DNA from: an uncultured Candidatus Saccharibacteria bacterium
GTDB taxonomy: Bacteria; Patescibacteriota; Minisyncoccia; Phycocordibacterales; UBA9973
Length of the DNA stretch: 64,000 nucleotides
Direction: 5' to 3'
Assembly (NCBI GenBank): GCA_964646765.1
Contig: CAZYIA010000004.1
Coordinates: 13,887 to 77,886, forward strand
Part shown: piece by piece, positions 1-9,615 of the stretch
Numbering within the stretch: position 1 is the first letter of the stretch
How the letters are laid out: every line of letters begins with the position of its first letter
Made by a program: the position numbers and the translations under genes
Notes under the pieces: model-generated
Told to the model about the DNA's origin: nothing
What the model saw: only the letters and a program-made list of their open reading frames with translations
Databases searched by the model: none

Positions 1-114
1 GACGTGCTCAATGCGCTCAACGACCCCCGTATCGCCCCCATGATTCGGCTGTTCAGCACATTGTGGAAGGTGTCTGTCGGGATGTGTTCGTGCATGGAAT
101 TCGTCGAGATCTAG
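1..114 (+). CDS. 3' end of a hypothetical protein (runs off the window)
   Basis: Frame 1 is open from position 1 to TAG at 112-114 (DVLNALNDPRIAPM...EFVEI*). Confidence 0.4.
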   Translation, partial: DVLNALNDPRIAPMIRLFSTLWKVSVGMCSCMEFVEI

Positions 115-156
115 CGCGATGAAAACGACTCGGCAAAAGCGCGGCCGGGCTTAAAT

Positions 157-348
157 ATGAACATGGCTCGCCAGAAAGACACCAACGCACACCGCGCCGG
201 CAAGCGCAGCTTTCAGGCCAATCTCAAGCCCGCAGAGAACGAGCTGGTTGAGCGCGTGAAGACGATTCGCGGAGTCACGACCGATCGCGAGCTGCTCGTC
301 ACACTCTGCGAAGACGAACTCGATCGCCAAAGGAAACGCAAAAAATGA
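157..348 (+). CDS. small basic hypothetical protein, possibly a ribbon-helix-helix-type DNA-binding protein
   Basis: 63 aa; beta-strand-then-two-helices pattern; ATGA overlap with the next gene. Confidence 0.5.
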   Translation: MNMARQKDTNAHRAGKRSFQANLKPAENELVERVKTIRGVTTDRELLVTLCEDELDRQRKRKK

Positions 349-890
349 TCAGGCACTTTCTTTTCCTTGCCGCGGCCGCGCTCTTCACCGGCTGCGCAAA
401 CCTGCCCGCCTCCACCCGGTCTGGCATCGACCTGTATCCCGTGACCGATGCCGGCAAGGCGAACCTCGCGCTCGCTGTGGCGCGTGCACGCGCGGATCTC
501 ACCACACTCGACGGCCGCGCGCTCTGGGCTGGCATCTACGCCGGCGAAAGCAGCCGCGGCTGCACCCGGGTTCGACTCAACATGGTCGAGCGGCCGGCGC
601 ATCAATGGCACTATCTGGCGTGCGGGGAAAACGTGCTCGAGATCCGGGACGTCGCGCCACAGCCCGAACGCGACGTGAGGATCGTTGCCGTGCTCGACAG
701 CCTTAGCGAGGCGGCCTGGAAGACCGGTCGCGTACAACGAATGCCTTATGACGGCTTTGAGCTCGAAGCCGAACCAGAAGGCCCGCCTGCCTTCACCGGA
801 TGCCGGCTGATCACCCAGCGATTGATCTACCAGGACATGCTGGTCGATGTCCGGCAGACCCGTACTTGCGGGCCGCGCGGAACCATTTAG
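345..890 (+). CDS. putative lipoprotein
   Basis: Signal peptide with lipobox FTGC; translationally coupled to the upstream ORF. Confidence 0.7.
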   Translation: MIRHFLFLAAAALFTGCANLPASTRSGIDLYPVTDAGKANLALAVARARADLTTLDGRALWAGIYAGESSRGCTRVRLNMVERPAHQWHYLACGENVLEIRDVAPQPERDVRIVAVLDSLSEAAWKTGRVQRMPYDGFELEAEPEGPPAFTGCRLITQRLIYQDMLVDVRQTRTCGPRGTI

Positions 891-1909
891 CTTGTTGGGA
901 GGGGTTTTTTCAGGTCGTCCGGGCAGATGAGGTGCTGCATGCCATTGAGCACGCGATCCCCAAAACGCGCCACCGTCATGACGTAGCGGCAGTCCTCGCG
1001 ATACGGAACCTGCCGTTCTGAAGGCCACGCCTCGAAATGGATGCCGTCCTGCTCCTGTTGCATGGTCTTTCCCGTTGCGACGACTTCATGGGCCATCTTC
1101 TTCATGTTGTCAGAGGAAACGAGTTTGTAGACTTCTTCCGAAAACGGCCTCTCCGGTGTCTCGTGCACGTCGATCTCCACCCCGATCTTCCACCAGTACG
1201 CTGACCGGCTCGCACCCGGGATAGGATACCTGCCGGGCGTGAGGATGGCTTCCCACGCCACCTTCTTCTCCGGCGTTCTGCACACGAAGTACCCCCACGC
1301 ACCCGCCTCCTGAGCCCACAGGAGTTCCGCCACCACACCGGACGGGCGATATTCCTCCGGCGACGGCCTGAACTTGCTGCTGCGCCTGTTGGGGTCTTTG
1401 GTAACACCCCATATGCGTTCCTGGGGCGACATGTACATCTGCAACACCGGATCGATGAATGCGCCACGATCCTGGGCATGCAACTGCAAATTGCCGCCGG
1501 CCATGTGACAGAAGTAGGCAAGCTCCATAGCCGGGCGAAACAGGTTGTCGTTGTAGTCGCGCGAGTAGGTTGCGATGTAGGTGGCCTTCCCCGTCAGGCG
1601 CCACGCGTCTTGCTCTTCGCGCGTTTCCACGTAACGGTGTTCGACATAGGCTCGCACACCGCGCGGAACCCATGTTTCCCGCATCTCCGCCTCGAGTGGC
1701 GGCCGGTTGGCAAGGCGTGTGACCAGGTAGAGCAGCGTGACGCCAGCTGCGGCTTCGGCAACACCTCTGTTCATTTTTGAATAGAAGGCGTCCCGCTCCG
1801 CCGCGGAATAGTATTCCGACACCTTCACGGGCGCCATGAACTGCGCGCACCCGTTAAGCGTCAACGTGCACGTCAACGCCAGGACCAGTTTTGCGCGTGT
1901 GAAACGCAT
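887..1909 (-). CDS. putative lipoprotein
   Basis: Signal peptide with LNGC lipobox; last gene of a three-gene minus-strand run. Confidence 0.7.
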   Translation of the reverse strand: MRFTRAKLVLALTCTLTLNGCAQFMAPVKVSEYYSAAERDAFYSKMNRGVAEAAAGVTLLYLVTRLANRPPLEAEMRETWVPRGVRAYVEHRYVETREEQDAWRLTGKATYIATYSRDYNDNLFRPAMELAYFCHMAGGNLQLHAQDRGAFIDPVLQMYMSPQERIWGVTKDPNRRSSKFRPSPEEYRPSGVVAELLWAQEAGAWGYFVCRTPEKKVAWEAILTPGRYPIPGASRSAYWWKIGVEIDVHETPERPFSEEVYKLVSSDNMKKMAHEVVATGKTMQQEQDGIHFEAWPSERQVPYREDCRYVMTVARFGDRVLNGMQHLICPDDLKKPLPTS

Positions 1910-1916
1910 GGCCCGC

Positions 1917-2384
1917 TCAACCGGCGGTCGTTTTCACCGCACGCGAGCTGAACGATCCCTCGATGATGCGGATGCGGTCGCCGGCCGCGATGGGATTCTG
2001 GTCGTCCTGCTCCTGCACCAGCGCCATCACCTCGCCGTTGTCCAGCCGGTAGGTGATCTCGATGCCGGTCTTCTTCTGAGCAGCGTTCTCCGCGACTGCG
2101 CCTACGACGCCGCCAACCACGGCTCCCGCCACCGCGCCGGCAATTCCGCCGCGGCTCGCCCCGCCATAGGCCGCAATGCCGCCGAGCGTGGCGCCGGCGC
2201 TCGCGCCCGTGCCGGTGCTCGGAGCCTGGATCTCGACTTCCCGGATCTCGAGGACGACCGCGTACTTCACCCGCATGGCCTGCATCGCCTGGTTACCCTG
2301 ATAGGTCTGTGCCTTGTAGCTGGCGCAACCGGTCGTCATCGTGGCCGCAAGCAGCGCCGTCATTCCAAGTACGATTTTTTTCAT
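1917..2384 (-). CDS. outer-membrane lipoprotein, SlyB/Pcp-like glycine-zipper 2TM family
   Basis: TTGC lipobox, GAxxGGIAG..GAVVGGVVG glycine zipper, C-terminal EITYRLDNG..VQ..GDRIRI motif typical of SlyB; RBS GGAGAGG. Confidence 0.8.
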   Translation of the reverse strand: MKKIVLGMTALLAATMTTGCASYKAQTYQGNQAMQAMRVKYAVVLEIREVEIQAPSTGTGASAGATLGGIAAYGGASRGGIAGAVAGAVVGGVVGAVAENAAQKKTGIEITYRLDNGEVMALVQEQDDQNPIAAGDRIRIIEGSFSSRAVKTTAG

Positions 2385-2399
2385 GTTCCTCTCCTTGAA

Positions 2400-2963
2400 T
2401 CAGTTGGAGCGCCACCGCATGACGCGGTAGACGCCGTCCTCGAGCGCGATCGTCCGCAGGTCGTCGTCCGAAATATCGTCGTACGCGACGCTGATCACCA
2501 TGCGCAGGTTGTTCAGCTCGCGAATCCCCATCTGGATGATGCGCTTTGCTCCGGGCGGCAGATCGGCCAGTTGATCGACACCCAGCGCCATCTTGTTCGA
2601 TCTGACGTTGGCGGCCGGATGGGCCCTGAAATCCTCCGGAGTGCCCAGGAAAGCCTCCTTGATGGTGAGCATCGGACTTTCCGGCCCCTTGCACTTGTTG
2701 TCGGTCGAGCTGTTCACCATCTCGCAGACGCGGCTTTGCATCGACTCGACCAGCCCACTCTGCATGTCCAGCCAGGTCACGTCGTAGCGTGAGTAATAAG
2801 TCCACGCAAGCGGTACCTTCGAGGAAATGAATGTGATGACGTTGGGCTTGGCTCCGCCCCAGTCGCGATACTGAAGCTTGTCTTCATCGATGATGCCGGC
2901 CTGCACGGCGTTGGCACACAGGGTGATGGCAAGGGCCGCAGCCCCCACGATCGATTTTCTCAT
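2400..2963 (-). CDS. secreted hypothetical protein
   Basis: Start reassigned to MRKSIVG after a strong RBS (GAGGAGGAG); Sec signal ending in VQA. Confidence 0.7.
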   Translation of the reverse strand: MRKSIVGAAALAITLCANAVQAGIIDEDKLQYRDWGGAKPNVITFISSKVPLAWTYYSRYDVTWLDMQSGLVESMQSRVCEMVNSSTDNKCKGPESPMLTIKEAFLGTPEDFRAHPAANVRSNKMALGVDQLADLPPGAKRIIQMGIRELNNLRMVISVAYDDISDDDLRTIALEDGVYRVMRWRSN

Positions 2964-3182
2964 CTCTCCTCCTCTTTGAAATCCACGAAACCCGCCTTTC
3001 ACCGTAGGCCATTGATGGCCACCACCGGTCATTTCGTTGCGTCGCTACGATTCTAGACCAATACCGCCAGAGTTATCCATACACCACCGTGCCTCTCCGC
3101 TGTGACGACCTCGTCTGTGGCGCTTGCCCCGCCCCCCTGTTTTTGAAGACTACCGGGCCTTCGCCCCCAACGCGCACAGCCC

Positions 3183-3390
3183 GGCCGCCCAGCCCGAGAG
3201 GGTGGCGGCCCCCCGGCGCAGCCGGGGCCGGGCGTGTCCGGCGGGCATGTGCCCGGAGGCCGCAGGCCGGAGCCCGGCGCCGCAGGCGCCGGGGCGAGCG
3301 GTAGGCGACCCCGAGTCCCCGAGGGGGAGGCGGCGCAGCCGCCTAGCCGTATCCCGCGAGCGGTATGCCCGTCCGGCGCAGGATGGTTGT
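3183..3390 (+). repeat. array of GC-rich hairpins, many with C-GCA-G triloops
   Basis: ccccggc-gca-gccgggg, ggcc-gca-ggcc, cccggcgcc-gca-ggcgccggg and aggcggc-gca-gccgcct lie in a divergent intergenic region. Confidence 0.65.
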
Positions 3391-3526
3391 TGCGCGGATG
3401 CCGCAGAAGCGCCGCGAGTTATCCGTACACCCGGCACGCTTCAGTTTGGCCGTTGCCGCAATACGAGGCTATAGTGAACGTACTGATCGCACGCGGCGCG
3501 TGGGCCGCGCACGAAGGAGAAACACA

Positions 3527-3775
3527 ATGAAAACTATGACTTTCTTTGAACTTGGCTACCTTGACCTGATCAAGGCGCTGTTTTTCGGGAAGAAGATCCG
3601 CCTGGTGCCCGAACCCCTTCCGCTTGGGCGGGGTGGCGCAGTGGTATTGGATCCCGACCAGGAAGCCGACTTAAACGAGAACCTGGGAGACTGCTCGGAT
3701 CCAGGCGACCGGGACTACTGGACTTTTGGGCCTGGTGGCGACGTCTCTACCCCCCGCCCTCATTTCGACACGTAA
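3527..3775 (+). CDS. small protein convergent with traG; candidate entry-exclusion protein
   Basis: RBS AAGGAGA then ATG at 3527; 82 aa with an N-terminal hydrophobic/amphipathic patch. The function is inferred from position only. Confidence 0.55.
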   Translation: MKTMTFFELGYLDLIKALFFGKKIRLVPEPLPLGRGGAVVLDPDQEADLNENLGDCSDPGDRDYWTFGPGGDVSTPRPHFDT

Positions 3776-3776
3776 G

Positions 3777-3799
3777 CAGGGCGGGCCTGACCCGCCCTG
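3777..3799. terminator. hairpin between convergent genes, likely bidirectional terminator
   Basis: cagggcggg-cctga-cccgccctg lies between the two stop codons. Confidence 0.6.
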
Positions 3800-3805
3800 T
3801 TCCGC

Positions 3806-6800
3806 TTACGGTAGGTGCCGTTTCACCTGGTCGAAAATCTGCTGCAGCTCACCTTCGGTCGCATCGCGTCCGTTGGCATACGATCGCAGTTGAGTAGCCA
3901 GTTCCGGTTCTTGCGTGGCAGCCTGCTGCAATGCCTTCACGTAACCACCCGGTGAATCGTAGCCTGCGGCGCCGGCGAAATAAATGCTGAGAACTTTACT
4001 CATTCCATGCTCCTGTTGGCGGTGAAGCTGTCCCGCAAGACTGTTGATCCCCGCGGTAAGCTGCGCTTGTTGCCCCTGTTCCTCATGCCGCGCTTGAGCC
4101 GCACCGGTGGCTACGGCGTGCGCCTGAGCGGCCGGCTCCAGGTTTGGCATGGACATGGGACTGAAAGGCTGCTGGGTCTGGACTCTTTCTTCGGCGGCGG
4201 CCCGGGTTTCCGCGACCCGCTCATCGCCGTCAGTGGCTACGGCCTCAACGCGCCTGTTGCCCGCACCAAGAACGGAAGCCTCGGTCGCGGGCGTCGACCT
4301 GTCGGTATTTCCGGTGAGCGGCTCATGGGCAACCTCCGCTGCCGCCATAGCGAGCCTGATCGCTTTTGCCTTGAAGCCCTCATCGTCCGCGAGTCGGCGC
4401 ATGGTCTCCATATCGCCGGCAGCACCGGAAATACCAAAGAGAGCGCCCGAATGGTTTCCTTCGGCGTCCACCATTGCACGCGCTTCTTTCCAGACGGCGC
4501 TCTCGGACATGACCTGAGCTGACGTAGTGCCCGTATTACCTTGTTCAATAGTGCCATCGGTACGTTGATACGAACCGACTACCGCGCGCTCGCCGTTTCT
4601 GGATTCGGCAGAGAAGCCGTTCTGGGCAGCGAATTGCCGACCCGCTGAACGTCTGCCTTCGTCGCCGATGCTGCCCATGACATCATTGACCGCGGCGTGC
4701 AGTATCTGAGCCGCTGCCTCCTGCTGTTCGCGCGTGTATTGTCCATTTTCGTTGCGGACGACATCAGAGAGCTTCTGAGCCACCTGGGAGCCCCCCCCTA
4801 TGCCAAGGTCTAGGCCCTGATTGGCGAGAAGAGTCCTGGCCCTGGACAACGTATTTGAATTGGTTGTCGTGGTGGCGGGGTTGCCTGCTGCGGCCTGTCC
4901 TGCCCCCGACTTGCCGCCGCTGACGCCACCGCCAGACTCGGTGGTTCTGACAGCAGTGTCTCCACTGGCTCGAACCTGTGTCTGGTCTTTTGCGCCGCCG
5001 CCCAAACCGAGTCGGCTATCAAGAGAAAACACTTCGCTCGTATTGAAATCCGTACCTGCGATGCGGCGGGTGTCGCCGCCGCGGCCACTCGAAGTGCCGT
5101 CGGTGACAGACTGGCGCCAGTCCGCCCCGAAACGTGTCGTTATGGCATTGCTCACCTGACGCATGAAATCGGCTTTATCGGCTTCGCTATACCCGGCATC
5201 TTTCTTGTTTCCCGCCTCCGCGTAGTTGTCGTGGGTCCATCCGGAGCCACCGGTTTCCCGGTTGGTGTTCCCGATCCTGCTTTCGTTACCTGCACCAACG
5301 CTCGCGCCGCCTGTCCCGAATGTGTTTGGCCTGACGCCGGTGAGCGTGTTATCTGGACCATAAGAGGCAGTGCCATGAGGGGTGTTGAGTGTCGTTTGAG
5401 GCATGGTCCGCGTCGTGTCGCCACGCAAGTCCGCCCCGCCCCAGGCCACCCGGCCACCACTGAGATTGCCCGCACCGATTTCGCTGCCGGTTCGCTGGGC
5501 AATGCTTTGGCCGGGTGACATGAGGGAATTCACCATGCCGCTCATGGCGACGGCGCCGCCTTTCACGACCGCCAGCGCAATCGCCGGCACGCTGATCGTC
5601 ATGAGGCCAGCGATCGCCAGATCGGAAGCACTCATGGACATCATGTGAGGAATGTACTCGATGGTCCCCCCGAGACCTTCGGTCATGGTCGTCATCGCCT
5701 TGGACGAAAGCTCTGTCATGAAGCTGTTGATGACCGCGTACAACGGCGCCCAGAGTTGCACCCAGACAGCGGTCATTGCATATGCCGTCAACACCTTGCC
5801 GCCAAGCGGGCCGGCTGCGATCACGATGAGAAACACGATCGGAAATACCGCATAGATGAGCCCTTCGATGAAATTGCGGATTTTCGGCAATGCTCCCTCT
5901 GCAAGGATGCGCATGACCTTGTAGCTCTGCTCTTGCTGAGCGGCCGCCATGGTCGCGGCAAAGATGGTGCTTTTGTCCTCGTTGACCTCACGCAAAGAGT
6001 TGATGGACGCATAGTGGAGCACGGTTTCCTGAGCCGTGCGGGAAATTCCCAGCATCATTTGCTCGGCCGAGGCAATCACGTCGGGATGGTAGTGGGTGTT
6101 CGACTCGCCCGGGAACAGCCGCTTGCCGAACAGCTGGAGTACGCTGATGGTATCCAGGGCCGCGTCAATTTGGAGTTGCGTAACCGCTGAACCACCACCA
6201 GTACACGGTAGCGTCGATACTACGCCACTGGTGGGGTTGATATAAGGCGTGATACGCCCGGGGTTGAGCACGATTCCACCGGGGGCGGCTCCGGTAATAA
6301 ACTGCCACATGTCCGTGCTCTTGACCATGACGTTGATCTTGGCGGGGTTTTCGTCGAGTTCCGGATTGACGCAGCTGATGATGAACTGGCGCACATTCTG
6401 CTCGAATGTCTGATTCCGAAAAGTCGTCTTCGGCAGTTCGTCGGCGACCCTGGTGCCAAACAGGAATCCATAGTGGGAAAATTTCTCGTCGTCGACTGAC
6501 GTGAAATAGGTTTCGTAGGCGTTCGTCAGCCAGTAGCCTACTTTGCTGGTCACGCCGCCGAACAGCGCCAGACCGAGGGGCACGTTTTCGACGTGGTAGT
6601 TGTGGCCAAGGCGAACATCATCGATATAGACCGTGGTCTTCGGTACAAAGAAGATGCCATAGAAAAAAGTCAACGCGATGAACATGGTCATCATGTTTTC
6701 GCCACGAACACGCGCGATGGCAACACCGGTTGTGACAAGCAGGGCCAACAGGGCAATCGCGGCCATGAGTTGGGCGTAAGCCCCGCCTGCCGACCCTCCG

Positions 6801-6874
6801 GTGACGAGCACGACGGCATTGAGGATGTCGTAGATCGCCTTCCCGTTCCAGTATGCGTAGATAGTCTGTTCCAT
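3806..6874 (-). CDS. traG: conjugal transfer mating-pair stabilization protein TraG
   Basis: TraG_N features (IYAYWNG..LNAV, VENVPLGLA, WVQLWAPLYAVIN), long Gly/Ser-rich C-terminus, position after traH. Confidence 0.92.
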   Translation of the reverse strand: MEQTIYAYWNGKAIYDILNAVVLVTGGSAGGAYAQLMAAIALLALLVTTGVAIARVRGENMMTMFIALTFFYGIFFVPKTTVYIDDVRLGHNYHVENVPLGLALFGGVTSKVGYWLTNAYETYFTSVDDEKFSHYGFLFGTRVADELPKTTFRNQTFEQNVRQFIISCVNPELDENPAKINVMVKSTDMWQFITGAAPGGIVLNPGRITPYINPTSGVVSTLPCTGGGSAVTQLQIDAALDTISVLQLFGKRLFPGESNTHYHPDVIASAEQMMLGISRTAQETVLHYASINSLREVNEDKSTIFAATMAAAQQEQSYKVMRILAEGALPKIRNFIEGLIYAVFPIVFLIVIAAGPLGGKVLTAYAMTAVWVQLWAPLYAVINSFMTELSSKAMTTMTEGLGGTIEYIPHMMSMSASDLAIAGLMTISVPAIALAVVKGGAVAMSGMVNSLMSPGQSIAQRTGSEIGAGNLSGGRVAWGGADLRGDTTRTMPQTTLNTPHGTASYGPDNTLTGVRPNTFGTGGASVGAGNESRIGNTNRETGGSGWTHDNYAEAGNKKDAGYSEADKADFMRQVSNAITTRFGADWRQSVTDGTSSGRGGDTRRIAGTDFNTSEVFSLDSRLGLGGGAKDQTQVRASGDTAVRTTESGGGVSGGKSGAGQAAAGNPATTTTNSNTLSRARTLLANQGLDLGIGGGSQVAQKLSDVVRNENGQYTREQQEAAAQILHAAVNDVMGSIGDEGRRSAGRQFAAQNGFSAESRNGERAVVGSYQRTDGTIEQGNTGTTSAQVMSESAVWKEARAMVDAEGNHSGALFGISGAAGDMETMRRLADDEGFKAKAIRLAMAAAEVAHEPLTGNTDRSTPATEASVLGAGNRRVEAVATDGDERVAETRAAAEERVQTQQPFSPMSMPNLEPAAQAHAVATGAAQARHEEQGQQAQLTAGINSLAGQLHRQQEHGMSKVLSIYFAGAAGYDSPGGYVKALQQAATQEPELATQLRSYANGRDATEGELQQIFDQVKRHLP

Positions 6875-6901
6875 AATGGATGTGTCCGTGCCGGAAAGCG
6901 T

Positions 6902-8404
6902 TTATTTTTGCCGGGCGCCCTGGAAACGCATGCCACGGATTACGTTCAGCGAAATACGGCCATAGATCTCTTCCTCGAGTTTCATGAAATCGAGGGTCGA
7001 CGCATTCTGCGCATTGATCTTGTCGTCGATCTCATTGCGAATGGCGCGAAGTTCGGAGGAAAGCGTGGCAAGGGTGTCGCGATAGTTGGCAAGCTGGACG
7101 GCGGATCCGGGAACCTGCTTTTCGTATTGATTGATGGCCTTGGTGATCTCCTGCACGACCTCGTCCGTGAGACGCGTGGTGATGTCATACGCGATCGCAT
7201 CAGCGTACATGGTGAGCACGATGTCACCGAACGCTGGATACTGATGCGTCGTTGCGAGATTGATGATGTTGCCAATGGGGATGGTGGTCATGGCAGCAAT
7301 CGCCCTCGGGTCGATGCCGTTTGGCAGGAGAGCGGGTTGACGCCGCTCGAGAATCGCCTGGCGCAATTCATGCAGGGATGCGTAAACCTGCTTAGCCATT
7401 CCCGGTACGCTTGTTGTACCTTGCCATACATTGAGGCAAGTCGAATCCCAGGAATCGGGTTCGCCACTACAGTGGTAGATATCAAGAGTGGTCCAGCTTG
7501 ACGCATCTTGCGCCGAGCCAACCCACTTCTTGAGATTGGCGACAGCCAATGGCGAAAAAGTTACTGGATAGAGGACCTTGTCGGGCGACGTACCCGGTGT
7601 CCATTTCAAGACGACAGTGCCCAGCAGAGTCATGATCATGCGCCGCTGATCCCAGCTCAAACTCGTCCAGTTGCCGCTCTTGAGCACACTCCAGGTGATA
7701 TTGGTTTCCTTGTCAAAAACGGTCGTCCCGCTATTGGTTGTCGAGGGTGGCGTATTCTGCCAAGTCGTGTAGCCGTTCGCCCGCGTCTCCTTGACCGCTT
7801 CGCCACGGTCGGTGAATATGCCTACGCTCGTTCCCCAGCCGCGTGCCGTTTCGCCGGCCGCGGTGGCCAACTTGCCAAGCGGCGTGTCACCGCCAGCGAT
7901 GGATTTGGCCATATCGCACGAGCTCCCGAGATGCCGGTTCCACTCTTCGACTTTTTCCGAAAAGCCCTGAACGAGTCCGGAAAGCTCGGGAGACAAGGCC
8001 GACAGTGCCAGCTGGAACAGCAGACCGGCTGCATTCTGACCGACGGCACGCAGCATCTGGATGAATTCGTCCTTGCTCATCATGCTGAACGAACCCATGA
8101 ACATGTCGATGCCACCACACCCGGCCTTCAGGGACGGAGGAGTGAAACCGAACGGTGTGTACGTCTTCCGAGGCGTCTTCCAGACAAGTCCGCCCCCGGT
8201 GATCACGCCTGCGCGCTGGGTTTCATAGACCTTGGCTCCCTGCACGTTCATGTTCGCGGACATTTCCGCGTACATGTCGTTCAGGAAGCTGGCGTTCGCG
8301 GGGACGGAAGCAATTGCACAGGCGGCAAGTGTGGCAACGACGGTCCTGCGCACAAAGGCGGGAGCCGGGAAGCGGCGACGGAGAGCGGGAAGAACGTGCA
8401 GCAC
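6902..8404 (-). CDS. traH: conjugal transfer pilus assembly protein TraH
   Basis: GVITGGGL..PPSLKAGCGGIDMFMGSFS motif. Confidence 0.95.
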   Translation of the reverse strand: MLHVLPALRRRFPAPAFVRRTVVATLAACAIASVPANASFLNDMYAEMSANMNVQGAKVYETQRAGVITGGGLVWKTPRKTYTPFGFTPPSLKAGCGGIDMFMGSFSMMSKDEFIQMLRAVGQNAAGLLFQLALSALSPELSGLVQGFSEKVEEWNRHLGSSCDMAKSIAGGDTPLGKLATAAGETARGWGTSVGIFTDRGEAVKETRANGYTTWQNTPPSTTNSGTTVFDKETNITWSVLKSGNWTSLSWDQRRMIMTLLGTVVLKWTPGTSPDKVLYPVTFSPLAVANLKKWVGSAQDASSWTTLDIYHCSGEPDSWDSTCLNVWQGTTSVPGMAKQVYASLHELRQAILERRQPALLPNGIDPRAIAAMTTIPIGNIINLATTHQYPAFGDIVLTMYADAIAYDITTRLTDEVVQEITKAINQYEKQVPGSAVQLANYRDTLATLSSELRAIRNEIDDKINAQNASTLDFMKLEEEIYGRISLNVIRGMRFQGARQK

Positions 8405-8417
8405 GGCGGACTCCTGT

Positions 8418-9284
8418 TCAGAATTGGGTACCAGGCGTCGTTTGTGTCAGGAGGTAAATGCGATCGACGATTTCCTCCATGGCCAGGACGCCGCTACCGA
8501 GTGGAACGATGGTTTTCTTGTCGTTGCTGACAAGAAAGGTCGACGGCACGGTAGCAATACCCTCGCCGCCGCTGACATAGTTCGCAATTCCGTTGTCCGG
8601 CTTGGCGTCCGGAAATCCCGGAATGGGGCCGCCATCCATGCTGATTGCAAGGATGTCGATTCCGTGGCGTTTCTTGAGTTCAGCCAAAACCGGAGCTTGT
8701 TTGTGGCAGTAGGGGCAGTCCGAGCGGTAGAAAAAAATAATTCCGTGGTTCTTCGACAGGGCCGCGAGCGTTTCGGTGCGGCGTGAGTCGCGTTGCTCTG
8801 TCATCGCAAAGCGTCCGAAGGTGGCGAGCGGCTGCTTGGCGTTATAGTCGATGTCCGGATTTTGCCAGACAACACGGCGCCCCACGTCGGTGAACACGGC
8901 CGCCTTTTCGAGTACCCACGCCTTGGCTTTCTGATACTCATACAGATTGCCTTCTGTAGGATTGAAGATGGCCACATCAAGCAGACGCTTGAGTTCCTTG
9001 TTGACCTCTTCGCTCGAAGTCATCTCGTAGACGGTCTTTTTGGGCGCGGTCTTGTCTTCTTCCTTTGCTTCCTTTTCCGGCTTTGCCGGCCGATCCGGTG
9101 GATACCAGTAGAACCCGCGCTCAGGGTCATCCCAGATGTTCTGGTGCCACCAGCCGCCGGTGCTGTCGGCGTCGCGCGTTTTAGCGGCTGGTGTGTTTGC
9201 GTTATCGAGAGGCTGGGCGAATACCTGGACGCCCGAGAATGCGAGCGCAAATACTGTCAGCAGTTTGAGGATCAATCGTTCCAT
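8418..9284 (-). CDS. traF: conjugal transfer protein TraF (thioredoxin-like)
   Basis: GFYWY, A(I)FNPT..N, FFYRSDCPYCH, ISMDG motifs; start reassigned to MERLILK. Confidence 0.9.
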   Translation of the reverse strand: MERLILKLLTVFALAFSGVQVFAQPLDNANTPAAKTRDADSTGGWWHQNIWDDPERGFYWYPPDRPAKPEKEAKEEDKTAPKKTVYEMTSSEEVNKELKRLLDVAIFNPTEGNLYEYQKAKAWVLEKAAVFTDVGRRVVWQNPDIDYNAKQPLATFGRFAMTEQRDSRRTETLAALSKNHGIIFFYRSDCPYCHKQAPVLAELKKRHGIDILAISMDGGPIPGFPDAKPDNGIANYVSGGEGIATVPSTFLVSNDKKTIVPLGSGVLAMEEIVDRIYLLTQTTPGTQF

Positions 9285-9541
9285 TTGTGCCAAACGAACC
9301 AGGGCCATAAGAACACCCACCAGATATTGCGAAATGCCGTGGCGAAACTTGCCTCTCCGGGTGCGTGATTTGGCTTCGCGCCGTACCAGTGGAACACGAT
9401 CCACGTGCCCCCCGCGATGTACAGGATGACCATGAGCAGAAAGTCGGGGGTCGGTTCAACGCCAACGATCAGCGGTAACGCCATAATCACTGCCAGTGAT
9501 GGTAGCGCAATGCACATGTATAAGATTATGTCGCGCAACAT
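9272..9541 (-). CDS. small membrane protein in the tra operon
   Basis: 89 aa with 2-3 hydrophobic segments; short overlap with the traF start. Confidence 0.55.
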   Translation of the reverse strand: MLRDIILYMCIALPSLAVIMALPLIVGVEPTPDFLLMVILYIAGGTWIVFHWYGAKPNHAPGEASFATAFRNIWWVFLWPWFVWHKWND

Positions 9542-9615
9542 CTTTTTTGGGGGCGCTGGGCAGCGGTCAGGGTGATGCGTTAATCAGACGGTTGGCGGCC
9601 TTCGGGCCACCGCCA

